Of a DNA stretch of 64,000 bases, positions 10,542 to 20,370 are shown piece after piece. The position numbers were made by a program, and so were the translations under genes. The stretch spans positions 77,825 to 141,824 of the forward strand of contig JAETNY010000002.1 in NCBI GenBank assembly GCA_021771915.1. The letters run 5' to 3'. This stretch comes from Bacillota bacterium. Lineage in GTDB: Bacteria > Bacillota > Dehalobacteriia > UBA4068 > UBA4997. Position 1 is the first letter of the stretch. Each line of letters opens with the position of its first letter. The notes beneath the pieces were generated by a model. That model did not search any database and had not been told where the DNA came from. It was given only the letters and a program-made list of their open reading frames with translations.

Positions 10542-12059
10542 TTATCTCACACCTCCCAGCAAGTCGATAATATAACCGGTGCCCTGCGCCACCATATCCG
10601 TAATCGGTGCCGGCCAAACGCCAAGCACCAAAACCAATACGCCCAAAACCAGCAGCGGCACTGTCTGAAACCACTGCAAATCATGCGGTTTTTTCTCCTG
10701 CAAATCCGCGGAGGGCTGGCCAAAATATGCCCTCTCCAACGCCCAGAGGTAATAAGCCGCCGTTACAATCATGGAAAGCATGGCAATTACTGTCAACAGC
10801 TTGTTAACACTGAAAGCGCCCAGGAAAACCTGCAACTCCGGAATAAAACCAAGCAGTCCGGGCAGACCAACCGAAGCAAAGAAAGTGAATACCGTAATCG
10901 CTGAAAGCCGCGGCAACACGGAAGCCACACCGCCCAAATCACCAATTCGCCGCGTGCCGACACTATGCTGCAAAATACCGCAAACCATAAACAGCATGGC
11001 GGAAATCAGCCCATGCGCAAACATTTGCAGAACCGCACCATTAAATGCCCTCTCCTGCAACATCGCCATGCCAAAAAGCAACAAACCCATATGGCTTACC
11101 GAAGAATAAGCAATCATCTTCTTTAAATCGTCCTGCGCCAGCGCCAAAACCGCGCCCCACAGCATACTGATAATACCAAGCACCGCCATAGGCAACGCAT
11201 AATGCACCGCCGCCTCCGGCATCAAACCAAAAGCAAAGCGCACCAAGCCATAACCGCCCATTTTCAACATCACAGCCGCCAGGAAAACGGAACCGCCCGT
11301 CGGCGCTTCCACGTGTGCGTCCGGCAGCCAGGTATGAAACGGCACAGTCGGTATTTTCACCGCAAAACCAAAGAATAAGGCCGGGAAAATCAGATATTGC
11401 AAACTGAGCGGCAGGCTAACCCCACTAAAACGCGGTATTTCACTTATAGCCACAAAATCAAAGGTAAAAATGCCAGTCTGCTGGAAATTCCAAATGACAA
11501 TGGCAAAAATACCCACTAACATCACCAAAGATGCGACATGTGTATATATGAAGAATTTAATTGCCGCATAACGCCGCCGGGGACCGCCCCAGCCTAAAAT
11601 CAGAAAATACATAGGGATTAAAACCAGTTCCCAGAACAAATAGAACAGGAAAAAATCCAGTGCAACAAAAACGCCAATCAAACCACATTCCAGTAACAAC
11701 AGCAGCGTGAAAAAGGTACGCAAATCCTTATGCTCATCATAGGAAAGCAATACCACCAACGGCGTCAGCAGACTGGTCAGAAAAACCAGCGGCATACTAA
11801 GACCGTCCAGACCGACTGTATAGGTAATGCCCAAACTGGCAATCCAATTCACTGAGCCGAAGAATTGATAGTTGCCAGACGGCAACTGCCAATCATACAA
11901 AGACAACATATAAAGATTAACCGCTAATGGCAGCAGTGAAACAGCCAGCGCCAAACCCTTAATAAAGGCTGGTTGTTTATTCAGCGTACCGCCGACAAAA
12001 ACCACGGCCGCACCAAGCAGGGGCAGAAACAGCAGAATGTTCAGCAAATCAAAACTCAT
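10542..12059 (-). CDS. nuoM: NADH-quinone oxidoreductase subunit M
   Basis: The likely start is MSFDLLNILLF at 12057-12059, giving an ATGA overlap with the nuoL stop. The longer ORF in the track has an implausible N-terminus. ND4 motif FFLFYLFWELVLIPMYFLILGWGG is present. Confidence 0.8.
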   Translation of the reverse strand: MSFDLLNILLFLPLLGAAVVFVGGTLNKQPAFIKGLALAVSLLPLAVNLYMLSLYDWQLPSGNYQFFGSVNWIASLGITYTVGLDGLSMPLVFLTSLLTPLVVLLSYDEHKDLRTFFTLLLLLECGLIGVFVALDFFLFYLFWELVLIPMYFLILGWGGPRRRYAAIKFFIYTHVASLVMLVGIFAIVIWNFQQTGIFTFDFVAISEIPRFSGVSLPLSLQYLIFPALFFGFAVKIPTVPFHTWLPDAHVEAPTGGSVFLAAVMLKMGGYGLVRFAFGLMPEAAVHYALPMAVLGIISMLWGAVLALAQDDLKKMIAYSSVSHMGLLLFGMAMLQERAFNGAVLQMFAHGLISAMLFMVCGILQHSVGTRRIGDLGGVASVLPRLSAITVFTFFASVGLPGLLGFIPELQVFLGAFSVNKLLTVIAMLSMIVTAAYYLWALERAYFGQPSADLQEKKPHDLQWFQTVPLLVLGVLVLVLGVWPAPITDMVAQGTGYIIDLLGGVR

Positions 12060-13948
12060 AACAGGCTCACACCCCCAATCGCCACCAGCAGCAACACAAA
12101 CACACCGACCAGCACCAGCGCCAAATAGCCCTGCAAACCGCCGGAGGCATAACGCCGCATATAACCGCCGAAGCCGCTGACTACAAAGCAAAATCCGCGT
12201 ATCAGGCCATCGACCACACAATAATCAAACCAACGGCAGAAAGTTGCCAGTCCCAGGTTAACCCTGGCCACCAAATTCACCAACCCGTCAATTACATATT
12301 TATCAATCACATCGGCCAACTCCGCAAAGCGCACAGCAAACCAGTAAGAAATTTTTTCATAAAGCCGGTCTATATAATAACGGTTCAGAAGCAGCTTATG
12401 CAACGGCGCGGCAGCTTTGGCAGCCTTATCTGCCGAGAAAATATTGAATAAATAAACCGCCGCCGAAAGGCCAATGCCGATTATCACCGCAAATATGGAA
12501 ACTATCATTGGCAAGTGCGTGGACGCACTGTGCGTATGCCCCGTCAAAAGTACGGTTATCGTCTGCGTCAAAGCGCCACTACCCAGCGCAAAGAATGACA
12601 GCACCACCAGCGGTGCAATCATCGGCACACTGCTTTCATGACCATGATAATCGCCACGCTTTGGGCCACAGAAAACAACAAAGAACAAACGGAACATATA
12701 AAATGCCGTCAACAAGCTGGTCAGGGCCAACAGCCAGAAAACTGGCGGCGCAGCCAAATATGCAGCCAGCAAAATTTCGTCCTTGCTCCAAAAACCGGCA
12801 AAAGGCGGCAGGCCGGCAATGGATACCGTAGCGCAAAGGATAGTCAGACCAGTTACTTTCTGATATTTGAGCAAACCGCCCATCTCATAAATATCATTGG
12901 TACCGGTGCCATGAATAGCCGAACCAGCGCCCATGAACAGCAACGCCTTAAAGAAAGCATGATTAATCAGATGCAAAATGGCAGCCACATAGTTCAACGC
13001 ACCCAACGACACCACCATAAAGCCCAGTTGGCTCAGGGTAGAAAATGCCAGAATACGCTTAAAATCACGGTTAACCACCGCCATCAAAGCCGTACCAAGT
13101 GCGGTAACCGTACCGATAATCAGCATAAAATCCGCAGTGTTGGGTGTTAAAGCAAACAGTGGGAAAAGCCGTGCGCACAGATAAATGCCGGCCTTAACCA
13201 TGGTGGCCGCATGAATTAAAGCAGAAACCGGCGTGGGACCTTCCATAGCGTCTGGCAGCCAGACATGTAACGGAAACTGGGCTGATTTGCCAATCACACC
13301 GCCAAAAATACAAAGCGTGGCAATCGTCAGCCAAAATTCATCATAATTACCGGCCGCCGCCTGGCTCAACATGACACTGTATTCCACACTGCCAAACATA
13401 TCAAACAGCAGAATAATGCCAACCAACATTACCACATCGCCGACACGCGTTACCAGAAAGGCCTTTTTGGCCGCAGCCGCTGCGCTGGGTTTAAAGAACC
13501 AGAAACCAATCAGCAAATATGAGCAAAGCCCCATAATCTCCCAAAAGATAAAGGCTTGCAGCAGGTTATCGGCCAATACCACCAAAAGCATGGAAAAGAC
13601 GAACAACTGCACCTCCGCAAAAAAGCGCAGCAAACCACTTTCATGCTCCATATAACCATAGGCATAAAGCAAAATCAGAGTTGCCAGAAAAGCCACCAGT
13701 AACAGTAAAATCAGCGATAGCTTATCAAGCAGAAAACCAAATTGCAAATTATCAAACCAGGTGAACGACAAACTGGCAGACTCCCCTGTAAAAACCGCCG
13801 GCGCACAGGCCAGCGCCAGGCAAAATGAAAGCACCGTGCCGCACATACCCAGCCAGGCAGATTTCAGTCCCAGCTGTTTGCCAAAAAGCAGCGTTAACAG
13901 CAATGTGACCAAAACCGGCAATGGTATTAACCAAAAATAACCCAGCAT
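12056..13948 (-). CDS. nuoL: NADH-quinone oxidoreductase subunit L
   Basis: 630 aa ND5-family protein with a long C-terminal extension carrying the lateral-helix region. Confidence 0.85.
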   Translation of the reverse strand: MLGYFWLIPLPVLVTLLLTLLFGKQLGLKSAWLGMCGTVLSFCLALACAPAVFTGESASLSFTWFDNLQFGFLLDKLSLILLLLVAFLATLILLYAYGYMEHESGLLRFFAEVQLFVFSMLLVVLADNLLQAFIFWEIMGLCSYLLIGFWFFKPSAAAAAKKAFLVTRVGDVVMLVGIILLFDMFGSVEYSVMLSQAAAGNYDEFWLTIATLCIFGGVIGKSAQFPLHVWLPDAMEGPTPVSALIHAATMVKAGIYLCARLFPLFALTPNTADFMLIIGTVTALGTALMAVVNRDFKRILAFSTLSQLGFMVVSLGALNYVAAILHLINHAFFKALLFMGAGSAIHGTGTNDIYEMGGLLKYQKVTGLTILCATVSIAGLPPFAGFWSKDEILLAAYLAAPPVFWLLALTSLLTAFYMFRLFFVVFCGPKRGDYHGHESSVPMIAPLVVLSFFALGSGALTQTITVLLTGHTHSASTHLPMIVSIFAVIIGIGLSAAVYLFNIFSADKAAKAAAPLHKLLLNRYYIDRLYEKISYWFAVRFAELADVIDKYVIDGLVNLVARVNLGLATFCRWFDYCVVDGLIRGFCFVVSGFGGYMRRYASGGLQGYLALVLVGVFVLLLVAIGGVSLL

Positions 13949-13972
13949 CTTATTTCTCCCATTTGTTTATAC

Positions 13973-14452
13973 TTAATTCTTCACATTCTCCGTGTTATCC
14001 TGAATAAGGTGGTCGGCCTCCGGCTCTGGTTCTATCTCTCCGGATAAATCCTCCACCACCTGCCAATCCTTATCTTCCTGCATAGCCTCCAGCATCTCCG
14101 CATAGGTTTTGGTTTCCCATGGTTCAATGCTGATATTATAGCTTAATGTTGTATCCTCCAAACTCAGCTGGCCAAAATCGCCCAATTCCTTTTCTCTTAT
14201 TAAATAGGCTGTGGCGGCATGGTCCTGTGTATCATACGTCTGCGCAAAACGCATGGAAACCAGCTTGCCCTGCTCCCAGGTCATGGTATTGGTAACATAC
14301 CGCAGACCGTTTTCCTTGTTCACATTCTGCTCCACCACCAAAACCGCGTCCTTGCCCGGTTCCGGCTCAGTGCAGGCCGTCAGGCCAAGCAACAAACTTA
14401 AAAGCAGCAACGGCCCTAACAATCTTTTTAAGTTTTTTCCTTGCATTCTCAT
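13973..14452 (-). CDS. lipoprotein of unknown function encoded inside the nuo operon (between nuoK and nuoL)
   Basis: Signal peptide MRMQGKNLKRLLGPLLLLSLLLGLTAC with a lipobox LTAC. RBS GGTGAGG precedes an internal ATG. The mature part is acidic, with an EPEPE tail. Confidence 0.55.
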   Translation of the reverse strand: MRMQGKNLKRLLGPLLLLSLLLGLTACTEPEPGKDAVLVVEQNVNKENGLRYVTNTMTWEQGKLVSMRFAQTYDTQDHAATAYLIREKELGDFGQLSLEDTTLSYNISIEPWETKTYAEMLEAMQEDKDWQVVEDLSGEIEPEPEADHLIQDNTENVKN

Positions 14453-14496
14453 GCGCCTCACCCCTAAATACATAAATCCCTACGCAAACCGGCATA

Positions 14497-14922
14497 TCAG
14501 CCACGCAGCGTATGGAACTGTTCAACATCAATAGTTCCGTTTCTTCTATATAAATACAGGCCAATCGCCAGCCCAACCGCAACTTCTGCCGCAGCCAGCG
14601 CCAACACCAGCACAGCCATTACACTGCCGGAACTTTGGCCAAGATATTGACTGAAAGCCACAAAATTAATATTAGCTGCATTAAGCATCAATTCAATAGA
14701 AATAATCAAAGCAATCAGATTACGGCGCGTCATCACACCAAGCAGGCCAATCGTAAAAAGAGCGGCCGCCAAAAGCAGATAATGCGTCAGGCTTAAATGA
14801 AAAGCAAAATACACGCCCTGCCGAAACATTTCAGCCAGGTCAAAATTGCTTAACCAATCGCCAACGGCCGCCAAACAAGGCAACAGCACACGGTCAAAAA
14901 TTCTTTCAATCGTTTCAAGCAT
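14497..14922 (-). CDS. nuoK: NADH-quinone oxidoreductase subunit K (with about 40 aa N-terminal extension)
   Basis: The core LSLTHYLLLAAALFTIGLLGVMTRRNLIALIISIELMLNAANINFVAF aligns to NuoK/ND4L. An AGGGGG RBS supports the ATG at 14922. Confidence 0.75.
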   Translation of the reverse strand: MLETIERIFDRVLLPCLAAVGDWLSNFDLAEMFRQGVYFAFHLSLTHYLLLAAALFTIGLLGVMTRRNLIALIISIELMLNAANINFVAFSQYLGQSSGSVMAVLVLALAAAEVAVGLAIGLYLYRRNGTIDVEQFHTLRG

Positions 14923-14934
14923 TTCCGCAGCCCC

Positions 14935-15489
14935 CTACTCGGTTTTTTCTCCGGCTTCCAACGGCTCCGGCTCCATTTTGCTGGAAGTCACAATCGCCGC
15001 CACCAACGCCGCCAACAGCAACGCCGCCACTGTTTCAAAAGCAATTACATATTGATTTAACAGGCCGTCCGCCAACTCGGTATAAGGCAGAGGTGTAATC
15101 TCGGCGGTTTCCATAGCCAGCGGCCAACCGCTGAAATGCGTATAGAATATTGCCCCGGCCAGGCTGCCGCCCACCAGTATGGCCGCCAAAATACTCGTCA
15201 GCCATTTATGCCGCCACTTATTGGTCTGACGCATATCCGCCGCGCTGCGGTTAATCAAAAACAACGCCAACACAATCAAAATCGCCACTGAACCAGCATA
15301 AACAATCACCTGTACACCGCCCAGATAATCAGCCTGCAAGCTGAAATAAATCCCGGCCACACAAAGCAGCGCCGCCATAAAGGATAAAAAAGCATGTATC
15401 ATATTACGAAAAATCAACGTACCCAGAGCAAAAAGCAACAACAGGCCGCCTAACGCCCAAAAGGTTAAAGTTTGTAAAATCTGCATCAC
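14935..15489 (-). CDS. nuoJ: NADH-quinone oxidoreductase subunit J
   Basis: 184 aa hydrophobic protein with ND6-like topology. It has a 4-nt overlap with nuoI. Confidence 0.75.
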   Translation of the reverse strand: MMQILQTLTFWALGGLLLLFALGTLIFRNMIHAFLSFMAALLCVAGIYFSLQADYLGGVQVIVYAGSVAILIVLALFLINRSAADMRQTNKWRHKWLTSILAAILVGGSLAGAIFYTHFSGWPLAMETAEITPLPYTELADGLLNQYVIAFETVAALLLAALVAAIVTSSKMEPEPLEAGEKTE

Positions 15490-15995
15490 TTTTCCCCTCC
15501 TTTTGGCAAATCCGGCGTAGACGCTTCGGCCGCTGGCGATACAGCCGGCCGCGGTGGTACCGGCTTAGGCAAAGGCGGCTTGGCTCCATACGTGGAAAGC
15601 TGTTTATCCATATTATTATTTGCCAGCAAATCCTGTGGCACATCAGCCGAATTATAAACCGCCGTTTCAAACTCCAACGTCAGGTGTAGACAACTCTTGG
15701 GACAAGCCTCCACACAAAGGCCACAATAAAGACAATACTGCCGCTCCATCACAAATTCGGTGCAATACTTTTTATTATTCTCGTCTTTCTCAAATTTCTG
15801 CCGGATAACCTTATTAGGACAGGCCATGGCACAAAGTCCGCAGCTTATGCAGGCTTCCTGATTAAGTGCGAACATACCGCCGCGCCAACGTGTTGGCAAC
15901 TGCGGCTTTTCCTCGGGGTATTTTTCCGTCAAACGCGGACTTACAGCCTCCTTGGCCGTCACCCCCAGGCCCTTGAGAATACCCTTTCCAAACAT
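15486..15995 (-). CDS. nuoI: NADH-quinone oxidoreductase subunit I (2x[4Fe-4S] ferredoxin)
   Basis: Two CxxCxxCxxxCP motifs (CISCGLCAMACP and CLYCGLCVEACP). Confidence 0.85.
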   Translation of the reverse strand: MFGKGILKGLGVTAKEAVSPRLTEKYPEEKPQLPTRWRGGMFALNQEACISCGLCAMACPNKVIRQKFEKDENNKKYCTEFVMERQYCLYCGLCVEACPKSCLHLTLEFETAVYNSADVPQDLLANNNMDKQLSTYGAKPPLPKPVPPRPAVSPAAEASTPDLPKGGEK

Positions 15996-16010
15996 TTTGT
16001 GAATGCCTCC

Positions 16011-17057
16011 CTATATTAAATACAGCACAACACCAGTTACCAACATATTAAGCAATGTTAATGGCACCAGAATTTTCCAGCAAAAACTAAGCACATAGTC
16101 AGCCCGGATACGCGGTAACGTCCAGCGCACCCAGATAAACACAGACATAATAACAAATGTTTTTAAGATAAACCAGAGCCAACCCGGCAGAAACGGGCCG
16201 CTGAAACCGCCCAAAAACAACGTAGTCGCCAAACCGGCCGCCACAAACATATTACAATATTCTGCCAGATAAAACAGCGCATAACGCATGCCTGAATATT
16301 CGGTGAAAACGCCGGCTGTCAACTCACTCTCACCCTCCGGCAGGTCAAACGGAGCCCGATTACATTCCGCCACAGCGGAAATGATGTAAACCACAAAAGC
16401 CAGCGGCTGCACAAATACCAACCACAAATGCTGCTGCTGAAAATGAACAATTTCTGTCAGGTTAAAAGTTCCGGCCACCATAATCACGCTTAAAAGCGCA
16501 AAAGCCTGTGGCACTTCATAGCTGATAGCCTGATTAACCACGCGCATGCCACCAATCAGCGAATATTTATTGTTAGAAGCATAACCGGCCAGCAACACAG
16601 GCAAAGAAGCCAGCGTGGTAACAGCCAAAACATAAACCACACCCAGTTTCAAATCCAGCGCCGCCATGCCCTCGCCGAAAGGAATAGCCGCCAACGCCAG
16701 CATCGGCGGTACAAAAGCCAACAAAGCCGCTAGTAAATGCACCGGCTTATCCGCCTTATCTGGCACGATATCCTCTTTCATTACCAGCTTGATTGCATCG
16801 CCAATCGTTTGCAGCCAGCCGTTCGGCCCCAGGCGGTTCGGCCCCGGCCGCCGCTGAATATAACCGGCCAGCTTGCGCTCCCAGATTACATAAAACAAAG
16901 CGCAAAGCACACAGACAACGACAATAGCAACCCAGTAAACCGCCGTCATCAAAACGTCGGTAAGCCCAAGCGGCAGCCCCAGCCACCCTAACAGCCAATT
17001 AAAGACCCAGCGCACCAGGCCGGCAATATTAACAAAAATATTGTTAATAAATTCCAT
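16011..17057 (-). CDS. nuoH: NADH-quinone oxidoreductase subunit H
   Basis: 348 aa ND1-family membrane protein (ERKLAGYIQRRPGPN). Confidence 0.85.
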   Translation of the reverse strand: MEFINNIFVNIAGLVRWVFNWLLGWLGLPLGLTDVLMTAVYWVAIVVVCVLCALFYVIWERKLAGYIQRRPGPNRLGPNGWLQTIGDAIKLVMKEDIVPDKADKPVHLLAALLAFVPPMLALAAIPFGEGMAALDLKLGVVYVLAVTTLASLPVLLAGYASNNKYSLIGGMRVVNQAISYEVPQAFALLSVIMVAGTFNLTEIVHFQQQHLWLVFVQPLAFVVYIISAVAECNRAPFDLPEGESELTAGVFTEYSGMRYALFYLAEYCNMFVAAGLATTLFLGGFSGPFLPGWLWFILKTFVIMSVFIWVRWTLPRIRADYVLSFCWKILVPLTLLNMLVTGVVLYLI

Positions 17058-17105
17058 GATATTTTCCTCAAATTTTAATTTATTTGTTTAGCTTTGCTAT
17101 CAATA

Positions 17106-18236
17106 TTAGCCATCAATCTCGCCCAGAACGATATCAAAGCTGGCAATAATGGAAACCAAATCCGCCACCTTATGCCCTGGCATAATTTTTTCAAAAATAG
17201 CAATATTGTCGAATGACGGCCGCCGAAAATGCACACGCAACGGATTGAGTTTGCCCTCTGAAGCCACCAGACAACCCATAATACCCTTGGGATTTTCCGT
17301 CTGAGCATAGGCCTCGCCAGCTGCCGGCTTTAAGACCTTGGGAATTTTCGCCATAATTTCGCCCACCGGTTCCTCTTTCAATGCCGCATAAATTTCCTTA
17401 ATCAGCTGAAAAATCTTTTCAACCTCCAGCATACGCTGCACATATCGAGCATGGCAATCGCCGGCCGTCAACACCGGCACTTCAATTTTAAAGCGGTCAT
17501 ACAGACAATACGGCGCATCGCGGCGTAAATCATAATCCACGCCAGAAGCGCGCAGGTTCGGCCCGGTCAGCGCATAGTCCATTGCGTCCTCTGCACTGAT
17601 TACGCCAATCCCCTTGGTACGACGCAGAAAAATTTCATTTTCATCGACCAGCTTATGATACATCTCAATAAAACGTGGCGTTTCCGCAACCAGCTTTTGA
17701 TAAGCCGCGTCAAATTCTTCATTAATATCTGCCTGCACGCCGCCGTAACGAATATAACTCTGCGTCATACGGGCGCCACACAACGCTGACATACAATCCA
17801 GCGCATATTCACGCTCCTGAAAGGGATAAAATACGCCGGAAACAGCGCCCAAATCCATAATATAAATGCCAACGCCTACCATATAAGAAGCCAAACGCAT
17901 AATCTCACAGGTCAGCATGCGCAACAGACTCGCTCTCGCCGGCACCTCCACACCCAGCAGCTTTTCCACCGCCAGTACATAAGGCAGGTTATTATTAACG
18001 CCAGCCAGATAATCCAAACGGTCAGTATAAGGCAACCCCTGCAAATAGGTGCGGCATTCCATCAGCTTTTCCATACCCCGGTGCAGATAACCGATTTTGG
18101 TATCCACGCCAACACAGGTTTCACCGTCCATTTCCACCAACATATGCAAAACACCATGCGTGCTGGGGTGTTGGGGGCCAAAATTCAGCTGATAAACCTC
18201 GCTGTAACGGCCCTGCTTATTTGTTTCAGTGTTCAA
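17106..18236 (-). CDS. nuoD: NADH-quinone oxidoreductase subunit D
   Basis: 376 aa 49 kDa-subunit homolog (NiFe-hydrogenase large-subunit fold). It has an ATGA overlap with nuoC. Confidence 0.85.
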   Translation of the reverse strand: MNTETNKQGRYSEVYQLNFGPQHPSTHGVLHMLVEMDGETCVGVDTKIGYLHRGMEKLMECRTYLQGLPYTDRLDYLAGVNNNLPYVLAVEKLLGVEVPARASLLRMLTCEIMRLASYMVGVGIYIMDLGAVSGVFYPFQEREYALDCMSALCGARMTQSYIRYGGVQADINEEFDAAYQKLVAETPRFIEMYHKLVDENEIFLRRTKGIGVISAEDAMDYALTGPNLRASGVDYDLRRDAPYCLYDRFKIEVPVLTAGDCHARYVQRMLEVEKIFQLIKEIYAALKEEPVGEIMAKIPKVLKPAAGEAYAQTENPKGIMGCLVASEGKLNPLRVHFRRPSFDNIAIFEKIMPGHKVADLVSIIASFDIVLGEIDG

Positions 18237-18706
18237 TCCAGCTGCCTCCTGCCCTGATATTTATTGGGCTGATGCACATAATCTTTGCGCAGCGGCCAGC
18301 CCTCAAAGCCCTCCCAAAGCAAAATACGCTCCAGCCGAGGGTGATTTTTAAACACAATACCAAACATATCGTAAACCTCGCGTTCCAGCCAGTTGGCAGC
18401 CGCCCAAACCGGGCAAACGCTCTCCACCAGCGGCTCATCACGTGAAACATCAACTTTTAACGTAATCGTATCGCCGTTCTGGTAATTGCAAACCTGATAT
18501 AACAAACGGAAATAACCCTGTTCCAGATAATCTACCGCTGTTATATCCGACAGAAAAGCATAACCGCCAGCTTTTAACTCCTGACACAACGGCACCAGCG
18601 TCATTAAATCAACTTTATACTCACAGTCGGTATCCGGCAGCGGCTCCACCATTAAACGAAACTTTTTCTGCACCATCGCAGCAACTTCCTGCTTATTTAA
18701 CATCAC
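18233..18706 (-). CDS. nuoC: NADH-quinone oxidoreductase subunit C
   Basis: 157 aa 30 kDa-subunit homolog. Confidence 0.75.
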   Translation of the reverse strand: MMLNKQEVAAMVQKKFRLMVEPLPDTDCEYKVDLMTLVPLCQELKAGGYAFLSDITAVDYLEQGYFRLLYQVCNYQNGDTITLKVDVSRDEPLVESVCPVWAAANWLEREVYDMFGIVFKNHPRLERILLWEGFEGWPLRKDYVHQPNKYQGRRQLD

Positions 18707-19265
18707 GCACCACCTTCTGCCTTTCCGGGTGCCGCAACTTGGCTTTCAGTTGCAGCATACCGTCTATAATCGCTTCCGGTCGAGGCGGACAGCCCGGAAT
18801 ATAAACATCAACCGGCACAACCTTATCCGCACCAGCCACCACAGCATAGGAATCCACAAAAGGACCGCCGCTGATAGCGCAGCTGCCGATAGCAATAACC
18901 CATTTGGGCTCCGGCATCTGGTGATATAACAGTTCCACCGATGGACGCATTTTCTCCGTTATTGTGCCTGCCACCAGCATAACATCAGCCTGCCGGGGCG
19001 AGTTGCGAAAAACCTCAAAACCAAAGCGCGACATGTCAAAACGTGTCTGCGTTGTACAAATCATCTCAATCGCGCAACAGGCCAGACCAAATTGTAGCGG
19101 CCAGAGCGACCAGCCCGTACCCCAGCGGAAAAGTTTATCCAGACTGGTAAACAAAATACCGCGGCTTTCCAATTCCTCCGGCGTCAGCAAATCATGCGTA
19201 TTGGCTGGGTCGCCCTCCGGCATACCAACCCGACGCGGAAACAAAATATTAGTTTTCAGTGCCAT
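18693..19265 (-). CDS. nuoB: NADH-quinone oxidoreductase subunit B (N2 cluster subunit)
   Basis: GLACCAIEM motif plus downstream Cys ligands. The start is taken at MALKTNILF (ATG 19263-19265), overlapping the nuoA 3' end. Confidence 0.85.
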   Translation of the reverse strand: MALKTNILFPRRVGMPEGDPANTHDLLTPEELESRGILFTSLDKLFRWGTGWSLWPLQFGLACCAIEMICTTQTRFDMSRFGFEVFRNSPRQADVMLVAGTITEKMRPSVELLYHQMPEPKWVIAIGSCAISGGPFVDSYAVVAGADKVVPVDVYIPGCPPRPEAIIDGMLQLKAKLRHPERQKVVRDVK

Positions 19266-19642
19266 TGCAAGGCGCCCTCCTTCCAGGCATAAACCAAACC
19301 TGCTGCTAAAATTCCGATAAACACAAACATCTCCAGCAAAGCCGCCAGCCCCATCTCTGTAAAGCAAAGCGCCCACGGCAGCAGAAACATGGTTTCAACA
19401 TCAAATAAAAGAAAAATCAAACCGGTCACAAAATAGGACGGTTTGAAGCGTACCCAGGCATCACCTAAAGGCAGCATACCACACTCATAGGTGATATTCT
19501 TCTGTTTATAAGGATTATGGGGCTGCAAAAGACGCGAAACAATTAAAGCCGCGCAAGCAAAAAAAACAGCACCAATAAATAGCAAACCCACAGCCGCATA
19601 CTGAACCAACATATTTATTCTCCCCATTTCAGCTGCGCCCAA
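19256..19642 (-). CDS. nuoA: NADH-quinone oxidoreductase subunit A
   Basis: 128 aa ND3-like protein (YECG ... FLLFDVE motif). It is the first gene of the operon, and 145 bp of AT-rich promoter region lie upstream. Confidence 0.8.
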   Translation of the reverse strand: MGAAEMGRINMLVQYAAVGLLFIGAVFFACAALIVSRLLQPHNPYKQKNITYECGMLPLGDAWVRFKPSYFVTGLIFLLFDVETMFLLPWALCFTEMGLAALLEMFVFIGILAAGLVYAWKEGALQWH

Positions 19643-19788
19643 ACCGCGCCGCTATATATAATATATTTATTATAGTATATTTTACGCAAATAGTAAATAG
19701 CAAATTGCAAATTGGTGCATAAAATAAATTAAATTCTCCTCTCTTTGAGGAAAAAATCCAAAAAAAACGAAAGAAAGGTGATTTTTCC

Positions 19789-20370
19789 ATGGCAATAAAA
19801 ATTTTTATCGACCAAGGTCATAATCCACAAAATCCCAACGCTGGCGCTGAAGCCAACGGTCTGCGCGAACAGGATATTAATTTTGAAGTAGGCATGCGAC
19901 TGGCCGGCCTCTTAAACGCAAACCCTAATTTTGAAGCCAGAACCTCTCGCAATTATCCTACGGAACAGTTGGGAACCAGCACCACCAGCAGTCTGCAAAC
20001 CAGAGTGAACGGAGCAAATTACTGGGGAGCAGATTATTTTATCAGTATTCACTGCAACGCCAGCAATATTATCAGCGCCAGCGGCAGCGAAGCCTATGTT
20101 TACCGGCTGGACTCGGAAAGCGCCGTCTTTGCTGAATATATGCTGGTTGGACTGCACAACGCTACCGGTCTGACCAACCGCGGCGTAATGCTGAACACCG
20201 GACTTTTTGTGCTGCGTCATACCTATATGCCAGCTGTATTGCTGGAAATTGGCTACATAACCAATCCGGACGACGCTTTTTTGATGAGTACTGACCCCGA
20301 AGCCTTTGCCATAGGCATCTACAATGGTATCGTCGTTTATTTTGACGTTGACGGAGAAATAGAGGTCTGA
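19789..20370 (+). CDS. N-acetylmuramoyl-L-alanine amidase (amidase_3 family, CwlD-like; no signal peptide)
   Basis: 193 aa with IFIDQGHNPQNPNAGA ... ISIHCNAS ... E, the amidase_3 zinc-ligand pattern. RBS GAAAGGTG lies upstream. Confidence 0.7.
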   Translation: MAIKIFIDQGHNPQNPNAGAEANGLREQDINFEVGMRLAGLLNANPNFEARTSRNYPTEQLGTSTTSSLQTRVNGANYWGADYFISIHCNASNIISASGSEAYVYRLDSESAVFAEYMLVGLHNATGLTNRGVMLNTGLFVLRHTYMPAVLLEIGYITNPDDAFLMSTDPEAFAIGIYNGIVVYFDVDGEIEV

